Sequence record: MG976803.1
Length of the DNA stretch: 64,000 bases
DNA from: Escherichia phage myPSH2311
Direction: 5' to 3' (one strand)
The position numbers and the translations under genes were made by a program. This document shows, piece after piece, positions 9,455-20,060 of the stretch. A model generated the notes under the pieces. It searched no databases and was not told the DNA's origin. It was given only the letters and a program-made list of their open reading frames with translations. Numbering within the stretch: position 1 is the first letter of the stretch; each line of letters starts with the position of its first letter.

Positions 9455-10579
9455 ATGATCGTTTATAACAACCAAGCACCTAAGAATGTTAACAATGTAG
9501 GACAATTTGGAGCTACTGAGGGAACTATTGGTGCTTATAAATCAGCAGCTGAATATGCAGCAGACTCTAAATATTGGGCATTGTTGTCCCAAACTAAATA
9601 CTCCTCAGTAGAGGAGATTTTGGCTGAAGTAGAACGTCTGTATGCTCAAGGTCATCTACTGGAAGAAGACATTAAACAACTCAAGAGTGACTTTGAGTCA
9701 CAAGAACAAGTGCTCTTAGGTTTGATTCAATCCACAGGAACTGCAATTGACAACACCAATGCAGCAACTGAGCTTTCAAAAGAGGCAACTCAAAACGTTC
9801 TAGCACAACTTGACATTATCTCTAACATGACAGTTCAAACAACGCTTCTTCCTCCGGGAAGCCTAGCTACGGGGTCTTATGATAATGCAACAGGTGTCTT
9901 TGCTTTTGGTATTCCAGAAGGTAAACCGGGGCGTGATGGTACTGACGGAACAATCGGTGATATTGGAAGCGTTCCTGTTGGTACCCCTGTTGTTGATGAC
10001 TATGGTTTCTATGTAGATAAAGATGATGGTGGTTTATACCGAGCTGACATGTCAGATATTGCCAACTTGATTCCATCTGTTCGATCTGTTTCAATCAATG
10101 GCGGCGCTGAACAAACAGGTTCAGTGGTTTTTGATTCTGTCTCCACATTCAATGGACGTAAGGGTGCTGTAGTTCCTGCTACTGGAGACTACACAGCTGC
10201 TCAAGTGGGAGCTTTTAGTGTAACTAATAACCTATCCGAAATAACCGACACAAGTGCAGCTATTACAAATATTGGACTCGCTGAGCATGGGATTGGTAGC
10301 CCTACCTTAACCAAAGTGAAGGCTATGGACTGGCAAACATTTAATTTTGTCAATGGAGGTAACTATTCAGTATTAATGTCGAATATTACAAATGCCCCTG
10401 CTGAGATAAATTATCCTGCCAATTATGGGTTATATCTTGAAGTCATTGGCGTAGTTACAGGAGGAGGTGAGGTACGAGTGGTGCCAATTGCATTGGGAAT
10501 CCTCTCAATGGCATATTTTCCGCTTGGCCAATGCGCTTATGCCGTGGCAAATGTGCCACAACTGCTGCATTGTGTGTAG
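9455..10579 (+). CDS. tail fiber protein, N-terminal segment (ends at in-frame TAG)
   Basis: RBS AAGGAG; short collagen-like GKPGRDGTDGTIGDIG; TGDYTAAQVGA fiber-type motif; last 30 codons look non-native. Confidence 0.5.
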   Translation: MIVYNNQAPKNVNNVGQFGATEGTIGAYKSAAEYAADSKYWALLSQTKYSSVEEILAEVERLYAQGHLLEEDIKQLKSDFESQEQVLLGLIQSTGTAIDNTNAATELSKEATQNVLAQLDIISNMTVQTTLLPPGSLATGSYDNATGVFAFGIPEGKPGRDGTDGTIGDIGSVPVGTPVVDDYGFYVDKDDGGLYRADMSDIANLIPSVRSVSINGGAEQTGSVVFDSVSTFNGRKGAVVPATGDYTAAQVGAFSVTNNLSEITDTSAAITNIGLAEHGIGSPTLTKVKAMDWQTFNFVNGGNYSVLMSNITNAPAEINYPANYGLYLEVIGVVTGGGEVRVVPIALGILSMAYFPLGQCAYAVANVPQLLHCV

Positions 10580-10705
10580 CATCGCCAGCTTAGCGCTGCA
10601 TCAATTGTACCTATTACCAAAGGTGGTACAGGAGCTACTTCATCAGAGAATGCTCGACTAGCTCTAGTTGCAGCTAAGAGTGGTGATAACTCTGATATCA
10701 CCTCG

Positions 10706-12445
10706 ATGACCAACAAGGTTACTTTCACACAATCTCCAGTAATTCCTGATGCTGTAGATGATAATGACGCGGTTGCTTTGAGACAGTTGCATACAAGTGA
10801 AGCAGATTTGCTGGCAAGGCTGAAAAGTAGTAATGCAGGTGAAGGTGCATCCCTTATTACCTTTGAAAATGGTAATTCTGTTGAGAGTCTTTCCAGTAAA
10901 GATGGGGCTAAAAACATTGGCAGTGGTGAGAGAAGTTTGCTTGTCCGTAACAACGACATTAAGCATTCAGGAGATTTCCCTACCTTACAAGCTGCGGTAA
11001 ATGCATCGTTACCAAAAAACGACTTAATTGTTTCCCCCGGTGAATACAGTGAAGCGATTACTATTGGTAGTACACAGTTAAAGGGTGTTGGTGGAGCCAC
11101 GGTACTGAAAGCTCCGTCAAACTTTACAGACACTATTCAGGTTAAGGCATCTACGCCTCATTGGCAATTCCGCCATAGTGGTGGTTTTGCTATAGATGGT
11201 TCTGGGACAACCGGGGCTGTAGGTATTAGTTTTGACCCGACCGACCAATATGCTGGTCGTCACAACTTTAGTGACGTATACATCCATAACATTAACAAGG
11301 CCATTCAGAAACCTTCCGGGAATATAGGTAATACATGGAAAGGCATTGGCGTGCAAGGTTGTGACTGGGGTTACTGGGCACAGTCTGCTTCTGAGATGCA
11401 CTTAGGCTCTGACACCCTTCAGAACATGCACTTTGATGGTATTAGCACTTACTGTGTTTACTTGAACGCTACAACAGGAGAAGCGCCTGGTACATTCGGA
11501 GGTGGTGTAGGCGGCTGGTGGATTAAAGATAGTATTATGGAAGCCTCTGGCGGTGGTGGTATTTACCTCAAGAACAAGGATGGTGACTGCCCTACTGCCC
11601 CATGTGGTGTATCCAATGTATGGATGGAAGCTATCGCTACTACTCCAGCTATTAATGTAGATGGTGTATCTCAGAAGCCTCGTGTCCTTAAACTTATTGA
11701 TACCAGTATCTTCTTTGCAGAGTACACATACCTTAATAACGTAGAGCTTCAGAACTCCAACCTTGTTACTTATGGCTGCCGAGTAGATAATTCAGATGGC
11801 CACATGGATATCTCTGTAGATGCCAACAGCAGTTTTGTGGCTGATCAATTGTACCTGAATGGTAGCTCCGGCAAAGATGTAATGGTACGTTCTGTAGCGG
11901 CTCAGACAGGCAAGATTGGGCAAAGCTGGTCACCTAATATGAGTATGCGTGGATACCTGCCGGAAGGATACATCTATCGTGTACCTGGTAATAAGCTGGT
12001 AGCTAAACCCTTCGATGGAGGTACTGCTGAATTTAGTGGTACGGCAAGCAGCACTGGGAGTTTGCAGCCACAAGGCCAGTTATCTCAGAGCTGCATGTAC
12101 TTCGAAATCCCTGGTGCTGCTGAGTATGAGCTTACTGGTGCTGCATTTCAGATAACTTCCGGTAACTGGTATGTATGGGGCATTAGCACTGAACTGGTAC
12201 AGGGAACCCCTACAAACTTCCGCATCGGTGGAGATATCAATGTAGGTGAAGTATTTACTAAGGGGGGCCAGTGGGTGAGTACCTTTGGTGTAGCTCAGGC
12301 TAGTGCTTCCGGTTCAGTGAACCTGCGCCTAAGTACAGCCGGTACAGGCGGAGTAGTCCTACGCCTCGCTGATTACTTCGTAGCGGAGTTCACTACTCAG
12401 GCAGAGGCTATGCGCTTCGCTAATAGTAGACGTGCCCTGCGTTAA
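10706..12445 (+). CDS. tail fiber/tailspike protein, C-terminal segment
   Basis: 579 aa; frame is open from 10580, directly after the TAG, and encodes VPITKGGTGATSSENARLAL fiber motif before the track start. Confidence 0.55.
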   Translation: MTNKVTFTQSPVIPDAVDDNDAVALRQLHTSEADLLARLKSSNAGEGASLITFENGNSVESLSSKDGAKNIGSGERSLLVRNNDIKHSGDFPTLQAAVNASLPKNDLIVSPGEYSEAITIGSTQLKGVGGATVLKAPSNFTDTIQVKASTPHWQFRHSGGFAIDGSGTTGAVGISFDPTDQYAGRHNFSDVYIHNINKAIQKPSGNIGNTWKGIGVQGCDWGYWAQSASEMHLGSDTLQNMHFDGISTYCVYLNATTGEAPGTFGGGVGGWWIKDSIMEASGGGGIYLKNKDGDCPTAPCGVSNVWMEAIATTPAINVDGVSQKPRVLKLIDTSIFFAEYTYLNNVELQNSNLVTYGCRVDNSDGHMDISVDANSSFVADQLYLNGSSGKDVMVRSVAAQTGKIGQSWSPNMSMRGYLPEGYIYRVPGNKLVAKPFDGGTAEFSGTASSTGSLQPQGQLSQSCMYFEIPGAAEYELTGAAFQITSGNWYVWGISTELVQGTPTNFRIGGDINVGEVFTKGGQWVSTFGVAQASASGSVNLRLSTAGTGGVVLRLADYFVAEFTTQAEAMRFANSRRALR

Positions 12446-12471
12446 GAGTAATGACATTACTATAAGCAAAA

Positions 12472-12487
12472 CCCCGCTTAGGCGGGG
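12472..12487. terminator. stem-loop after fiber gene
   Basis: CCCCGC TTAG GCGGGG hairpin; weak T-tract on plus strand. Confidence 0.35.
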
Positions 12488-12671
12488 TTAGCTTCCATAG
12501 GGTAGTTGTTTTCCCTGATGTAGTGGAATTTATCGGAGACAATGAGCTGGCTGCTTTGTTGCATTCTGATAAATAGTTCATAACTCCCCTTCGAGGTCTT
12601 TAGTAGTAAGTACCTTTAGTAAGTAATGAAACTAATATATCCCAAGAGGTTAATACATAGGAGACAGATAA

Positions 12672-12890
12672 ATGAAAATGATGAAACAAGCTGCATATGG
12701 TTTAATATGCTTAGGCGCAGGTGTTGTGGTATCCACCGCAGTTCCTGTAGGCGCAGTTCATCCATTAGTTACAGCACCTTCTCCAGTAGAGAAGCTTAGC
12801 TCTCAATGTAAACAGAGAACAATTCAAAATAACCTAGTTGTTATTTGTCCTGATGCTGAATCTAACGCTCTGAGAAAGATACTACCTTAA
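12672..12890 (+). CDS. small membrane/secreted protein, possible holin
   Basis: 72 aa, hydrophobic N-terminal segment, RBS GGAGA, immediately upstream of endolysin. Confidence 0.35.
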   Translation: MKMMKQAAYGLICLGAGVVVSTAVPVGAVHPLVTAPSPVEKLSSQCKQRTIQNNLVVICPDAESNALRKILP

Positions 12891-12919
12891 TTTAAAGGGA
12901 CCACAAAAGGAGGTTAGAA

Positions 12920-13411
12920 ATGGATAACGCCGCATTGCCACCTGTACAATTAAACTTAAGCCCAGCTGGAATGGAATTCATTATGAAGCATGAAGGTATG
13001 AGAACCAAGGCTTATAAAGATTCCGCAGGCATCTGGACGATATGTGTAGGGGCTACGCGCGATATGAATGGTTATCCGGTTAGACAAGGATTAACGTATT
13101 CTATAGAGGATTGTCTAGCTCTGCTAGATAGAGACACACAAGACTCTGTTCGTGCTACTCAGAAGAACATAAAAGTTCCTTTACTAGTTCATGAGTTTGA
13201 TGCACTCACTTCTTTCAATTTTAATGTTGGAAGTGGTGCTTTGAGCACATCTAAGTTAAGGAAGGTTATCAATGGAGATGTTAAAGGGGATATTTATTCC
13301 GAATTTCTTCGTTGGGATAAGATAACGGTCAAGGGAGTGAAGCAGAGAAGTCAGGGTCTTCATAACAGAAGGGTTGCAGAAGCTGATCTTTATACCGAAG
13401 GTAAATATTAA
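12920..13411 (+). CDS. endolysin (lysozyme, GH24-like)
   Basis: 163 aa; HEGMRTKAYKDSAGIWTICVGAT matches the phage lysozyme catalytic motif; RBS AAGGAGG. Confidence 0.8.
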   Translation: MDNAALPPVQLNLSPAGMEFIMKHEGMRTKAYKDSAGIWTICVGATRDMNGYPVRQGLTYSIEDCLALLDRDTQDSVRATQKNIKVPLLVHEFDALTSFNFNVGSGALSTSKLRKVINGDVKGDIYSEFLRWDKITVKGVKQRSQGLHNRRVAEADLYTEGKY

Positions 13412-13423
13412 TGGAGGTGCCTC

Positions 13424-14227
13424 TTGGCTATTGAAACTAATGCGGTAGTAGTTACCGACTTAAACCCACTCTATCCTCGTGATAGAGATTATATCTATGA
13501 AGGTGCAGCCCAGCTGCGCCTAGTTAAGCAAGTATTACAGAACACATTCCCCAACTTAACTGAGCCTATGACTGTAAACTCTGACACACTAGCTGCTATC
13601 TCTGACAAGATCTCTTTTGCTGGTGACTATATGGATGTTGGTGGTTTGATGATTAAGAATGGTACAGCAGGTACTGGTAATAACGACTTTACCACCAAAG
13701 CCCAAATGGAATCTTTTATGCTCAACTGGATGCAGAATAAGATTTACAGGGTTGGGTCTTATTACATCACTGAGGAAGATATTAACCCGGGAGATTCTAC
13801 ATCTTTAGGGTTTGGTATCTGGACACAAGTTACTGGTGTTATCATGGGTGCTGGGGTTGTGAACCCTGATGGGACAGTCCCTAATGCTCAGCGTGTGGAG
13901 TTTACTGCTGGTGCTACAGGTGGTCGTGTTTACAACACAGTTAAGACAGAGAACCTGCCATTGACTACAATCTCTGGTTCAAGTTTTTCTCTTTCTAACT
14001 ATACACACTCACACACTACATCATTTGGACGTGGAGATGCAAGTGGACATAACAGCTCACCTAACTGGTATAATCCGGGGGTTAGTTATTCTGTTGCATC
14101 AAGTTCTGATACTCACACCCACACCATTACAGGTGATGCAACATTTGGCTATGATGATGTATCTCGTCAACCTATAAATACGTTACCACCCTTCCGTGCA
14201 GCATATATCTGGAGACGTATCAGTTAA
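13424..14227 (+). CDS. tail fiber-like structural protein
   Basis: 267 aa, G/T/S-rich, position in tail module. Confidence 0.45.
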   Translation: MAIETNAVVVTDLNPLYPRDRDYIYEGAAQLRLVKQVLQNTFPNLTEPMTVNSDTLAAISDKISFAGDYMDVGGLMIKNGTAGTGNNDFTTKAQMESFMLNWMQNKIYRVGSYYITEEDINPGDSTSLGFGIWTQVTGVIMGAGVVNPDGTVPNAQRVEFTAGATGGRVYNTVKTENLPLTTISGSSFSLSNYTHSHTTSFGRGDASGHNSSPNWYNPGVSYSVASSSDTHTHTITGDATFGYDDVSRQPINTLPPFRAAYIWRRIS

Positions 14228-14236
14228 GGAGGAAGT

Positions 14237-17194
14237 ATGGCTCTTTACCCAATAAAATCTTTGGGTGCGGTTGGTGTTATTGCCGACCAATCTCCTACAG
14301 ATCTGGCTCCTAATGCATTTACTAATGCAATTAATGCTCGGTTTGTAGAACAGCGTGTGTTTAAGACGGGGGGCTCTGCCCCTCTTTCTTACGTTGAAAG
14401 TGATAAAGAAATAAGACCATTATCATTCACTTCAATGCCTTTTGACTACTTCAGTGCTAACAATAGTTTCTTACTGGTAGGTACAGATAAGAGTATTTTT
14501 AGATTAAATAATGAATCTATGGTTGATGTTAGTCGAAGAGTGGCTACAGTCACCAAAAAAGCAGTATCTTATGTCAAGATAAACCCCGTACTAACAGAGA
14601 TCGTCCCTAAAGAAACATCTGTTATTATGAATCTTAATGAAAGCAAGGTTCTCGAGGTATCTCTTCTTCCAGAAGGTGTTGTTACTCCATCCCTTGTGTG
14701 GGAGGTTAGTAATCCCTCCTATGGTTCAATATTAGTTGACCCTGATGATAGTAAGAAAGCTACATTGAGTGTCTTATCTAATGAGGGTAGCTTTACTGTC
14801 ACTGTCTCTAATGAAGATGAATCTGTAACTACCAGTATCTCCGTAAAGGTTGTTGATTCTGATTCTGGTATCTTCCTTAACCGGGACTCTGTTCAACTTC
14901 GTAAAGGTGGAACAACCACACTTACAGCAACAACCAGCAAGACCCCACTAACGTGGACTTCTTCTAACCCGTCCATTATATCTGTGGCGCCTAATGGTGA
15001 CACTACTACAGCAATATTAACCGCTCAAGGAGTAGGTAATGCACTGATAACAGTAAGCAATGGGTCTAAAACCTCGGAATGCTCTGTTAGTGTTATCAAT
15101 CAGATTGACAGTATATCTTTAAGTCAAACAGATTTACAAATTAACCGTGGGACGTCATATGTCTTATACTCTAGTTTAATTCCATCAAATGCTGCAAATC
15201 AGAGAATAACTTGGACTTCCTCTAACCCAAATATCGCCACTGTTTCGGGAACAGGTCTTCAAGGAACTGTCTCTGGGTTAACTGCTGGGTTTACAGTTAT
15301 AACAGCAACTACGGAAGAAGGTGAAAGGACCGCCACCTGTAACGTCAGGGTTGAGTTATCAAGTAGGGCCCTTTTTTCTGCTGCATCAGCTCCTTCTGAA
15401 GAACCTAGTTCTACGGATTCAGATATTGACACCTCATCTATGTCAGAGGGCAATGCTTTTTATGACTATTCTATGGTTGATGGTGTTGAAGCCTATTCTA
15501 TAAATGAAGTCATGTCTAGGTCAACTCAGCTTGAATCCTTAACTCTTGACATTGTGGATACTGAAATTGATGTTGGAGATGAGTTAGTAATAACTGCAAC
15601 GGCATTCCCTGAAGGGGAGTACCTTTATAATTGGGTGGTAGATCAGCCGGGGTATATATCCTCTACTTCCACTACCGACTCTTCCTTTACCTTAACTGCT
15701 ATTAAGACTGGCAAAGTGAAGATAACCTGCACTGCTAGTCAAGTAGCTCGTAGAGACTATGAAGCATTTGAGGAGTATCCTTGGTATAATACGATTATCT
15801 CTAACTGCGCAGTATTCACTACTCACTACGAAACCCCTCAAGTAAAAGAGTTTGCCTCTGAGTATTTCACAGATCTTCCGGGGTGGGGTGAGCAGACAAT
15901 AGTAGATGCTAATGGGAACCCTTCTGTTGTAAAATATAACTGGAAGTGCGAAAGGATTCGTGCATTTAATAATCGTCTATTTGCTCTTAATATGCGAGAG
16001 TCTAATGCATCAGGAGTTACTACTCACTACCCTCTTCGACTTCGCTGGTCTAACTATGCTAATGAGAATAAGGCACCTACTTTATGGGATGATTTTGCTT
16101 ATGATAGATATGTGACTTCAGATTTAGCAGCAAATGTTGTAGGTCAAACTGAGGCTCTAGAAAATGGATATGCCGGATACATAGATTTAGCTGACTCAAA
16201 CGGTAGCTTAGTCGAAATTCTTCCTCTTAAGGATTATCTATTTATCTATACGGAGTTTGAGACTTACATTGGATCCCCAACTAACAACACATATCAACCT
16301 CTAATGTTCAAGAAGCTCTTCAACGACTCTGGAATCTTAGCACCTGAGTGTGTAGTTGAAGTTGAGAGCGGACATTTCGTGGTCACTCAGAATGATGTTA
16401 TTCTACACAATGGTGCAACCAAGAAGTCTATTGCATCTAACAGGGTCAAGAATATGCTTATCAACGAAGTGTGTTTAGTAAACCCTTTGGCTACTAAAGT
16501 TCATCTTCACCAAGACAAGAAGGAAGTGTGGATTCTTTATGTAGGACCCGGAGAACCTGCTGGGAGCTTTGCTTGTACGAAAGCCGCTGTATGGAACTAT
16601 GAGTTTGATACGTGGTCTTTCCGTACAATCCCATTCTCTCATTGTATTGGTTTAGTCGATCCTCCTACTTTAGAGAAAGGTCCTACTTGGGTTGATTTCC
16701 AAGAGTACACTTGGGATGACCCTTCAATCAGTGAACTTGTGTGGAGAAAGGATTCTACTAACTTCCGTCAGAGAGTTACTGTAGTAGGTTCTTGGATGAA
16801 AGGTTTTTACCAAGTGGACATAGGTCCTTATGACTACTCTTATGATAGGCTGAATGATATTGTTGTCAAAAAGCCCCTAGAGATGAGACTGGAAAGAACT
16901 GGTATAGATTTTGACAACGTAACTAATGAATGGAATCAAAAGCACATAAACCGATTCCGTCCACAAGTAACCGGGTCAGGTACGTACATATTCCAAGCTG
17001 GTGGTAGTCAGTATTCGGATCAAGAGGATAGGCATATTCATAGTGAAAAGTCTTATACAATTGGTGTGGACAGACATGTAGGTGTCCGACTGAACCATCC
17101 GTATCTATTCTATAATGTTATAGATAATGATGTTAACAGTAATGCAGCAATCAATGGTCTAACTATTGAGTTTGCTGTTGGCGGGCGAAGATAA
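14237..17194 (+). CDS. large virion structural protein with tandem Ig-like (Big_2) domains
   Basis: 985 aa; RBS AAGGAGG; three repeats of the LTWTSSNPSI..VAPNG..G.A.ITV pattern. Confidence 0.6.
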   Translation: MALYPIKSLGAVGVIADQSPTDLAPNAFTNAINARFVEQRVFKTGGSAPLSYVESDKEIRPLSFTSMPFDYFSANNSFLLVGTDKSIFRLNNESMVDVSRRVATVTKKAVSYVKINPVLTEIVPKETSVIMNLNESKVLEVSLLPEGVVTPSLVWEVSNPSYGSILVDPDDSKKATLSVLSNEGSFTVTVSNEDESVTTSISVKVVDSDSGIFLNRDSVQLRKGGTTTLTATTSKTPLTWTSSNPSIISVAPNGDTTTAILTAQGVGNALITVSNGSKTSECSVSVINQIDSISLSQTDLQINRGTSYVLYSSLIPSNAANQRITWTSSNPNIATVSGTGLQGTVSGLTAGFTVITATTEEGERTATCNVRVELSSRALFSAASAPSEEPSSTDSDIDTSSMSEGNAFYDYSMVDGVEAYSINEVMSRSTQLESLTLDIVDTEIDVGDELVITATAFPEGEYLYNWVVDQPGYISSTSTTDSSFTLTAIKTGKVKITCTASQVARRDYEAFEEYPWYNTIISNCAVFTTHYETPQVKEFASEYFTDLPGWGEQTIVDANGNPSVVKYNWKCERIRAFNNRLFALNMRESNASGVTTHYPLRLRWSNYANENKAPTLWDDFAYDRYVTSDLAANVVGQTEALENGYAGYIDLADSNGSLVEILPLKDYLFIYTEFETYIGSPTNNTYQPLMFKKLFNDSGILAPECVVEVESGHFVVTQNDVILHNGATKKSIASNRVKNMLINEVCLVNPLATKVHLHQDKKEVWILYVGPGEPAGSFACTKAAVWNYEFDTWSFRTIPFSHCIGLVDPPTLEKGPTWVDFQEYTWDDPSISELVWRKDSTNFRQRVTVVGSWMKGFYQVDIGPYDYSYDRLNDIVVKKPLEMRLERTGIDFDNVTNEWNQKHINRFRPQVTGSGTYIFQAGGSQYSDQEDRHIHSEKSYTIGVDRHVGVRLNHPYLFYNVIDNDVNSNAAINGLTIEFAVGGRR

Positions 17195-17200
17195 TACTAA

Positions 17201-17228
17201 GGGAGCTTCGTGCTCCCTTTTCTTGTTT
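17201..17228 (+). terminator. rho-independent terminator
   Basis: GGGAGC TTCGT GCTCCC hairpin followed by TTTTCTTGTTT. Confidence 0.7.
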
Positions 17229-17244
17229 ATTATAAGGAGGGTCT

Positions 17245-18213
17245 ATGGGTGCTGGTGGCTTTCGTAAGAATACCGGAAGAAACAACACAACACAACCTTA
17301 TAGTGTGGGCTTTCTAAACACCTCTGAGAGTGTAGAAACCAATAACGTTGCAATATATGATGAACTCCAGAACATTAGCACTGCAACCAATCAAATGTTC
17401 CAAGCTATAGATGAAATCCACGAGGAGATTGATGTTCGTATTAAAGCTCTTCATGCTATGAATTTGCAATTCGATGAATTAGAGAACCGTGTTACAACAG
17501 AGATTGAGACTGCCATTGCAGATATCATAACACAAATGGGTAATCTATCCACTGATGATATTTGGGATAACTCTGTTCAGCCTCCTGTTAAGTTAGATTC
17601 AACTATGTCTGGTATTAAGACTTCTATAGAAGGCAATACAGCATCTATTCAAACTGTCGAAGGCATTGTCAATGATCAAGGACAAGAGATTGCCCTTATT
17701 CAGTCTGATTTAACTAACGGGACAGGTAGTGCTTCTCAATATATGAAACTCACTGAATATGAAGCTACTTGGGGAGTAAATTCCACAGTAAATGGAAAGA
17801 CAGCAGGAGTAAAACTGACAAATAATGGTTCTGTAAGCCAATTCCAAGTCACAGCTGATAAGTTTGTGGTATCTGATGGCACATCAGGAAGTACTCCCTT
17901 CAAGGTTGAGAATGGAAGGGCTGTTATGGAGTTTGCTGATATTACTAATGTCAATATTACAACAGCTCAAATAGCAACAGCTAGGATTGAATGGGCACAG
18001 ATTGATAATGTTAGTATAACAAATGCACAAATCACAAGTCTCTCCGCTGATAAGATAACGGCTGGGTCTATGTCAGGGACTAATTGGCGTCTTACAGTTG
18101 GCGGTGACTTTGTTTTAGGTGGAACAGGTGGTGCACAATTATGGATGAATGGAAACAGAATAGATTTCTACGACGGAAGTGGTGCTCTAAGAATTAGAAT
18201 AGGGAGTTGGTAA
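17245..18213 (+). CDS. tail fiber-like protein
   Basis: 322 aa; RBS AAGGAGGG; C-terminal IDNVSITNAQITSLSADKITAGSMSG repeat typical of tail fibers. Confidence 0.5.
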   Translation: MGAGGFRKNTGRNNTTQPYSVGFLNTSESVETNNVAIYDELQNISTATNQMFQAIDEIHEEIDVRIKALHAMNLQFDELENRVTTEIETAIADIITQMGNLSTDDIWDNSVQPPVKLDSTMSGIKTSIEGNTASIQTVEGIVNDQGQEIALIQSDLTNGTGSASQYMKLTEYEATWGVNSTVNGKTAGVKLTNNGSVSQFQVTADKFVVSDGTSGSTPFKVENGRAVMEFADITNVNITTAQIATARIEWAQIDNVSITNAQITSLSADKITAGSMSGTNWRLTVGGDFVLGGTGGAQLWMNGNRIDFYDGSGALRIRIGSW

Positions 18214-18214
18214 T

Positions 18215-19246
18215 ATGGCATATGGAATATGGACACAACCAGTAGGGCCGGGGCCAGCAACCCCCGCTCCCTTGTTTATTGATAGCGGAAGTACTTTCCC
18301 TCAGTTCAAGAATAGTATAAGAGGGAGCTTTAACTTTAATGGAGCTGGGAGATCTTTCCCTATTAGTGGATGGGATGGCAGTGGTCAGATAGTTATTGTT
18401 CCTACCGGTTCTTTATGCTGGCAATGGGAAGTCCCTCCTAACCTAGTTCCTGATGTTTATTGTGTGAATAATATCTATGTAGAAAACAACTCCTCTTTTA
18501 GAGTTACTCTGAATCAGAACCCCGGTAGTAATCCACTATTCGATTGTGGGTTCAACGTATATCAAATATGGCCTAGAGCGGATAGGAATTATGGAATTAC
18601 CTTTTCTAATACAGCAGACTACTTCTCAATATCTGACAGTGGGGTCGTCGGTCAATGTATTTGGGCTTGGCAGGGGACCATAAACAATGCCCTTCAGATA
18701 CCAAATATCGGTGGGTTCAATATGACCAATGCTGTTGTGTTTGCTAATTGGTCTGATGGAGGGGTAGGACTATCTTATACCTCTGATGACAGGGTTATTC
18801 GCGTCTATCAGAACAGACCCTATGTCAACGGAAACACTAATGAAGGAGGGTCTGTCTTTGCGAGGGTTGCCGTATTCTGTAACGGAGCTGGTGTTCCTGA
18901 GCATAATGGAGGTTTGAATATTTACTCTCCGGGTACCACACAATGTGTCTTCTCTACTAACAGAACACCTTTCACTGTGGATACTTTTATAGGATCAGGA
19001 GGTGGTAACACGGGAATGTCATACCCCATGATACCTCTTACCTCTGGGATAGGTGCAATAAAAGGCCGAGGCAGTGGATGGAGATATCAGCAAATGAGAT
19101 CTCACACAATGAGTGGTTCTACGATAGGAACTGGCTATGGAAGGTATTTGTTTCAGTGGGATCAAAATTACGACCTAGGAGCTGATACTGTAGTTAATTT
19201 ATCAGTCCCTGTAATAAATGCAGCTAAGGTTTTTGCTGGACTATAA
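18215..19246 (+). CDS. virion structural protein
   Basis: 343 aa G/N/S-rich ORF tightly coupled to upstream gene. Confidence 0.45.
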   Translation: MAYGIWTQPVGPGPATPAPLFIDSGSTFPQFKNSIRGSFNFNGAGRSFPISGWDGSGQIVIVPTGSLCWQWEVPPNLVPDVYCVNNIYVENNSSFRVTLNQNPGSNPLFDCGFNVYQIWPRADRNYGITFSNTADYFSISDSGVVGQCIWAWQGTINNALQIPNIGGFNMTNAVVFANWSDGGVGLSYTSDDRVIRVYQNRPYVNGNTNEGGSVFARVAVFCNGAGVPEHNGGLNIYSPGTTQCVFSTNRTPFTVDTFIGSGGGNTGMSYPMIPLTSGIGAIKGRGSGWRYQQMRSHTMSGSTIGTGYGRYLFQWDQNYDLGADTVVNLSVPVINAAKVFAGL

Positions 19247-19258
19247 CAAGGAGATATT

Positions 19259-20041
19259 ATGGCAATTAAAATGGGTATTGAAGAACTAGACCCAATGGTT
19301 CAACAGGCTTCAAAGAAGTATGGGATTCCTGCTGCTTTGATTCATGCTGTAATCCAAAGAGAGTCTAGTGGTCGTCCTACAGTAGCTTCTGGAACTGGTC
19401 CTGTAGGTTTAATGCAAATCAGTAAAGGGTTGGCTAAAGACTACGGATATAAATTGGAAGATAGATTGGACCCAGCAAAGAATATTGATATGGGTGCTCG
19501 GTATATCAGAGACAACCTAAAAGCTTTTAACGGTGACGTCAAGAAAGCAATGGTTGGTTATTCAGAAGGTATCGGCGGAGCTAAGCAAATGTTCGCTGGT
19601 AAAAGAGGGTTTACTCCACAGGCTCTTGATTCAATGAACAATAAACACTTTCTTCCTTTCTATGGTGATGCAGCTTCTCAGATTGCTAACCCTATTGGAG
19701 CTTTGCAAGCTGTTCAACCAGTTAACCAGTTTAGTCCGGATACTCTTGATAGAGAGAAGGCTGCTCAAGCTCCGACTCAGGCAGAAATTGCTGCTTCTAA
19801 GACTGGTGCTTTAGGCGGCAATCCAGTAGAGTTTTACTCTGATGAAGCACAGGAAGGAGAAGATCAGAAGCCTCAACAGAACTTTGGTAATGCAGTATTA
19901 GGAGTAGCTGCTATGCTTGCTGGTAAACCTCCTACTTCTCAAACAGTTCAGAGGGCAAGTGCACCACATGCAGCAGGTTCTCAGTACAGTCCACAAACAC
20001 AAGCAGTGCTCAGACGTTTGGCTAGCATTGGTGTGAAGTAA
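19259..20041 (+). CDS. lytic transglycosylase (SLT domain) virion protein
   Basis: QRESSGRP..GPVGLMQISKGLAKDYG matches the SLT catalytic E-S motif; RBS AAGGAGA. Confidence 0.75.
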   Translation: MAIKMGIEELDPMVQQASKKYGIPAALIHAVIQRESSGRPTVASGTGPVGLMQISKGLAKDYGYKLEDRLDPAKNIDMGARYIRDNLKAFNGDVKKAMVGYSEGIGGAKQMFAGKRGFTPQALDSMNNKHFLPFYGDAASQIANPIGALQAVQPVNQFSPDTLDREKAAQAPTQAEIAASKTGALGGNPVEFYSDEAQEGEDQKPQQNFGNAVLGVAAMLAGKPPTSQTVQRASAPHAAGSQYSPQTQAVLRRLASIGVK

Positions 20042-20060
20042 TAATCGTTAAGGAGGACTT

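Noticed and set aside
10467-10661. 64-aa plus-strand ORF spanning the fiber amber site in another frame
   Set aside because: Cys/His-rich translation of the filler-like segment with no SD; more likely an alternative-frame artifact.
10537-11133. 198-aa minus-strand ORF and 10664-10966 overlapping the tail fiber gene
   Set aside because: Antisense to a fiber gene with recognisable motifs; no SD; low-complexity translation.
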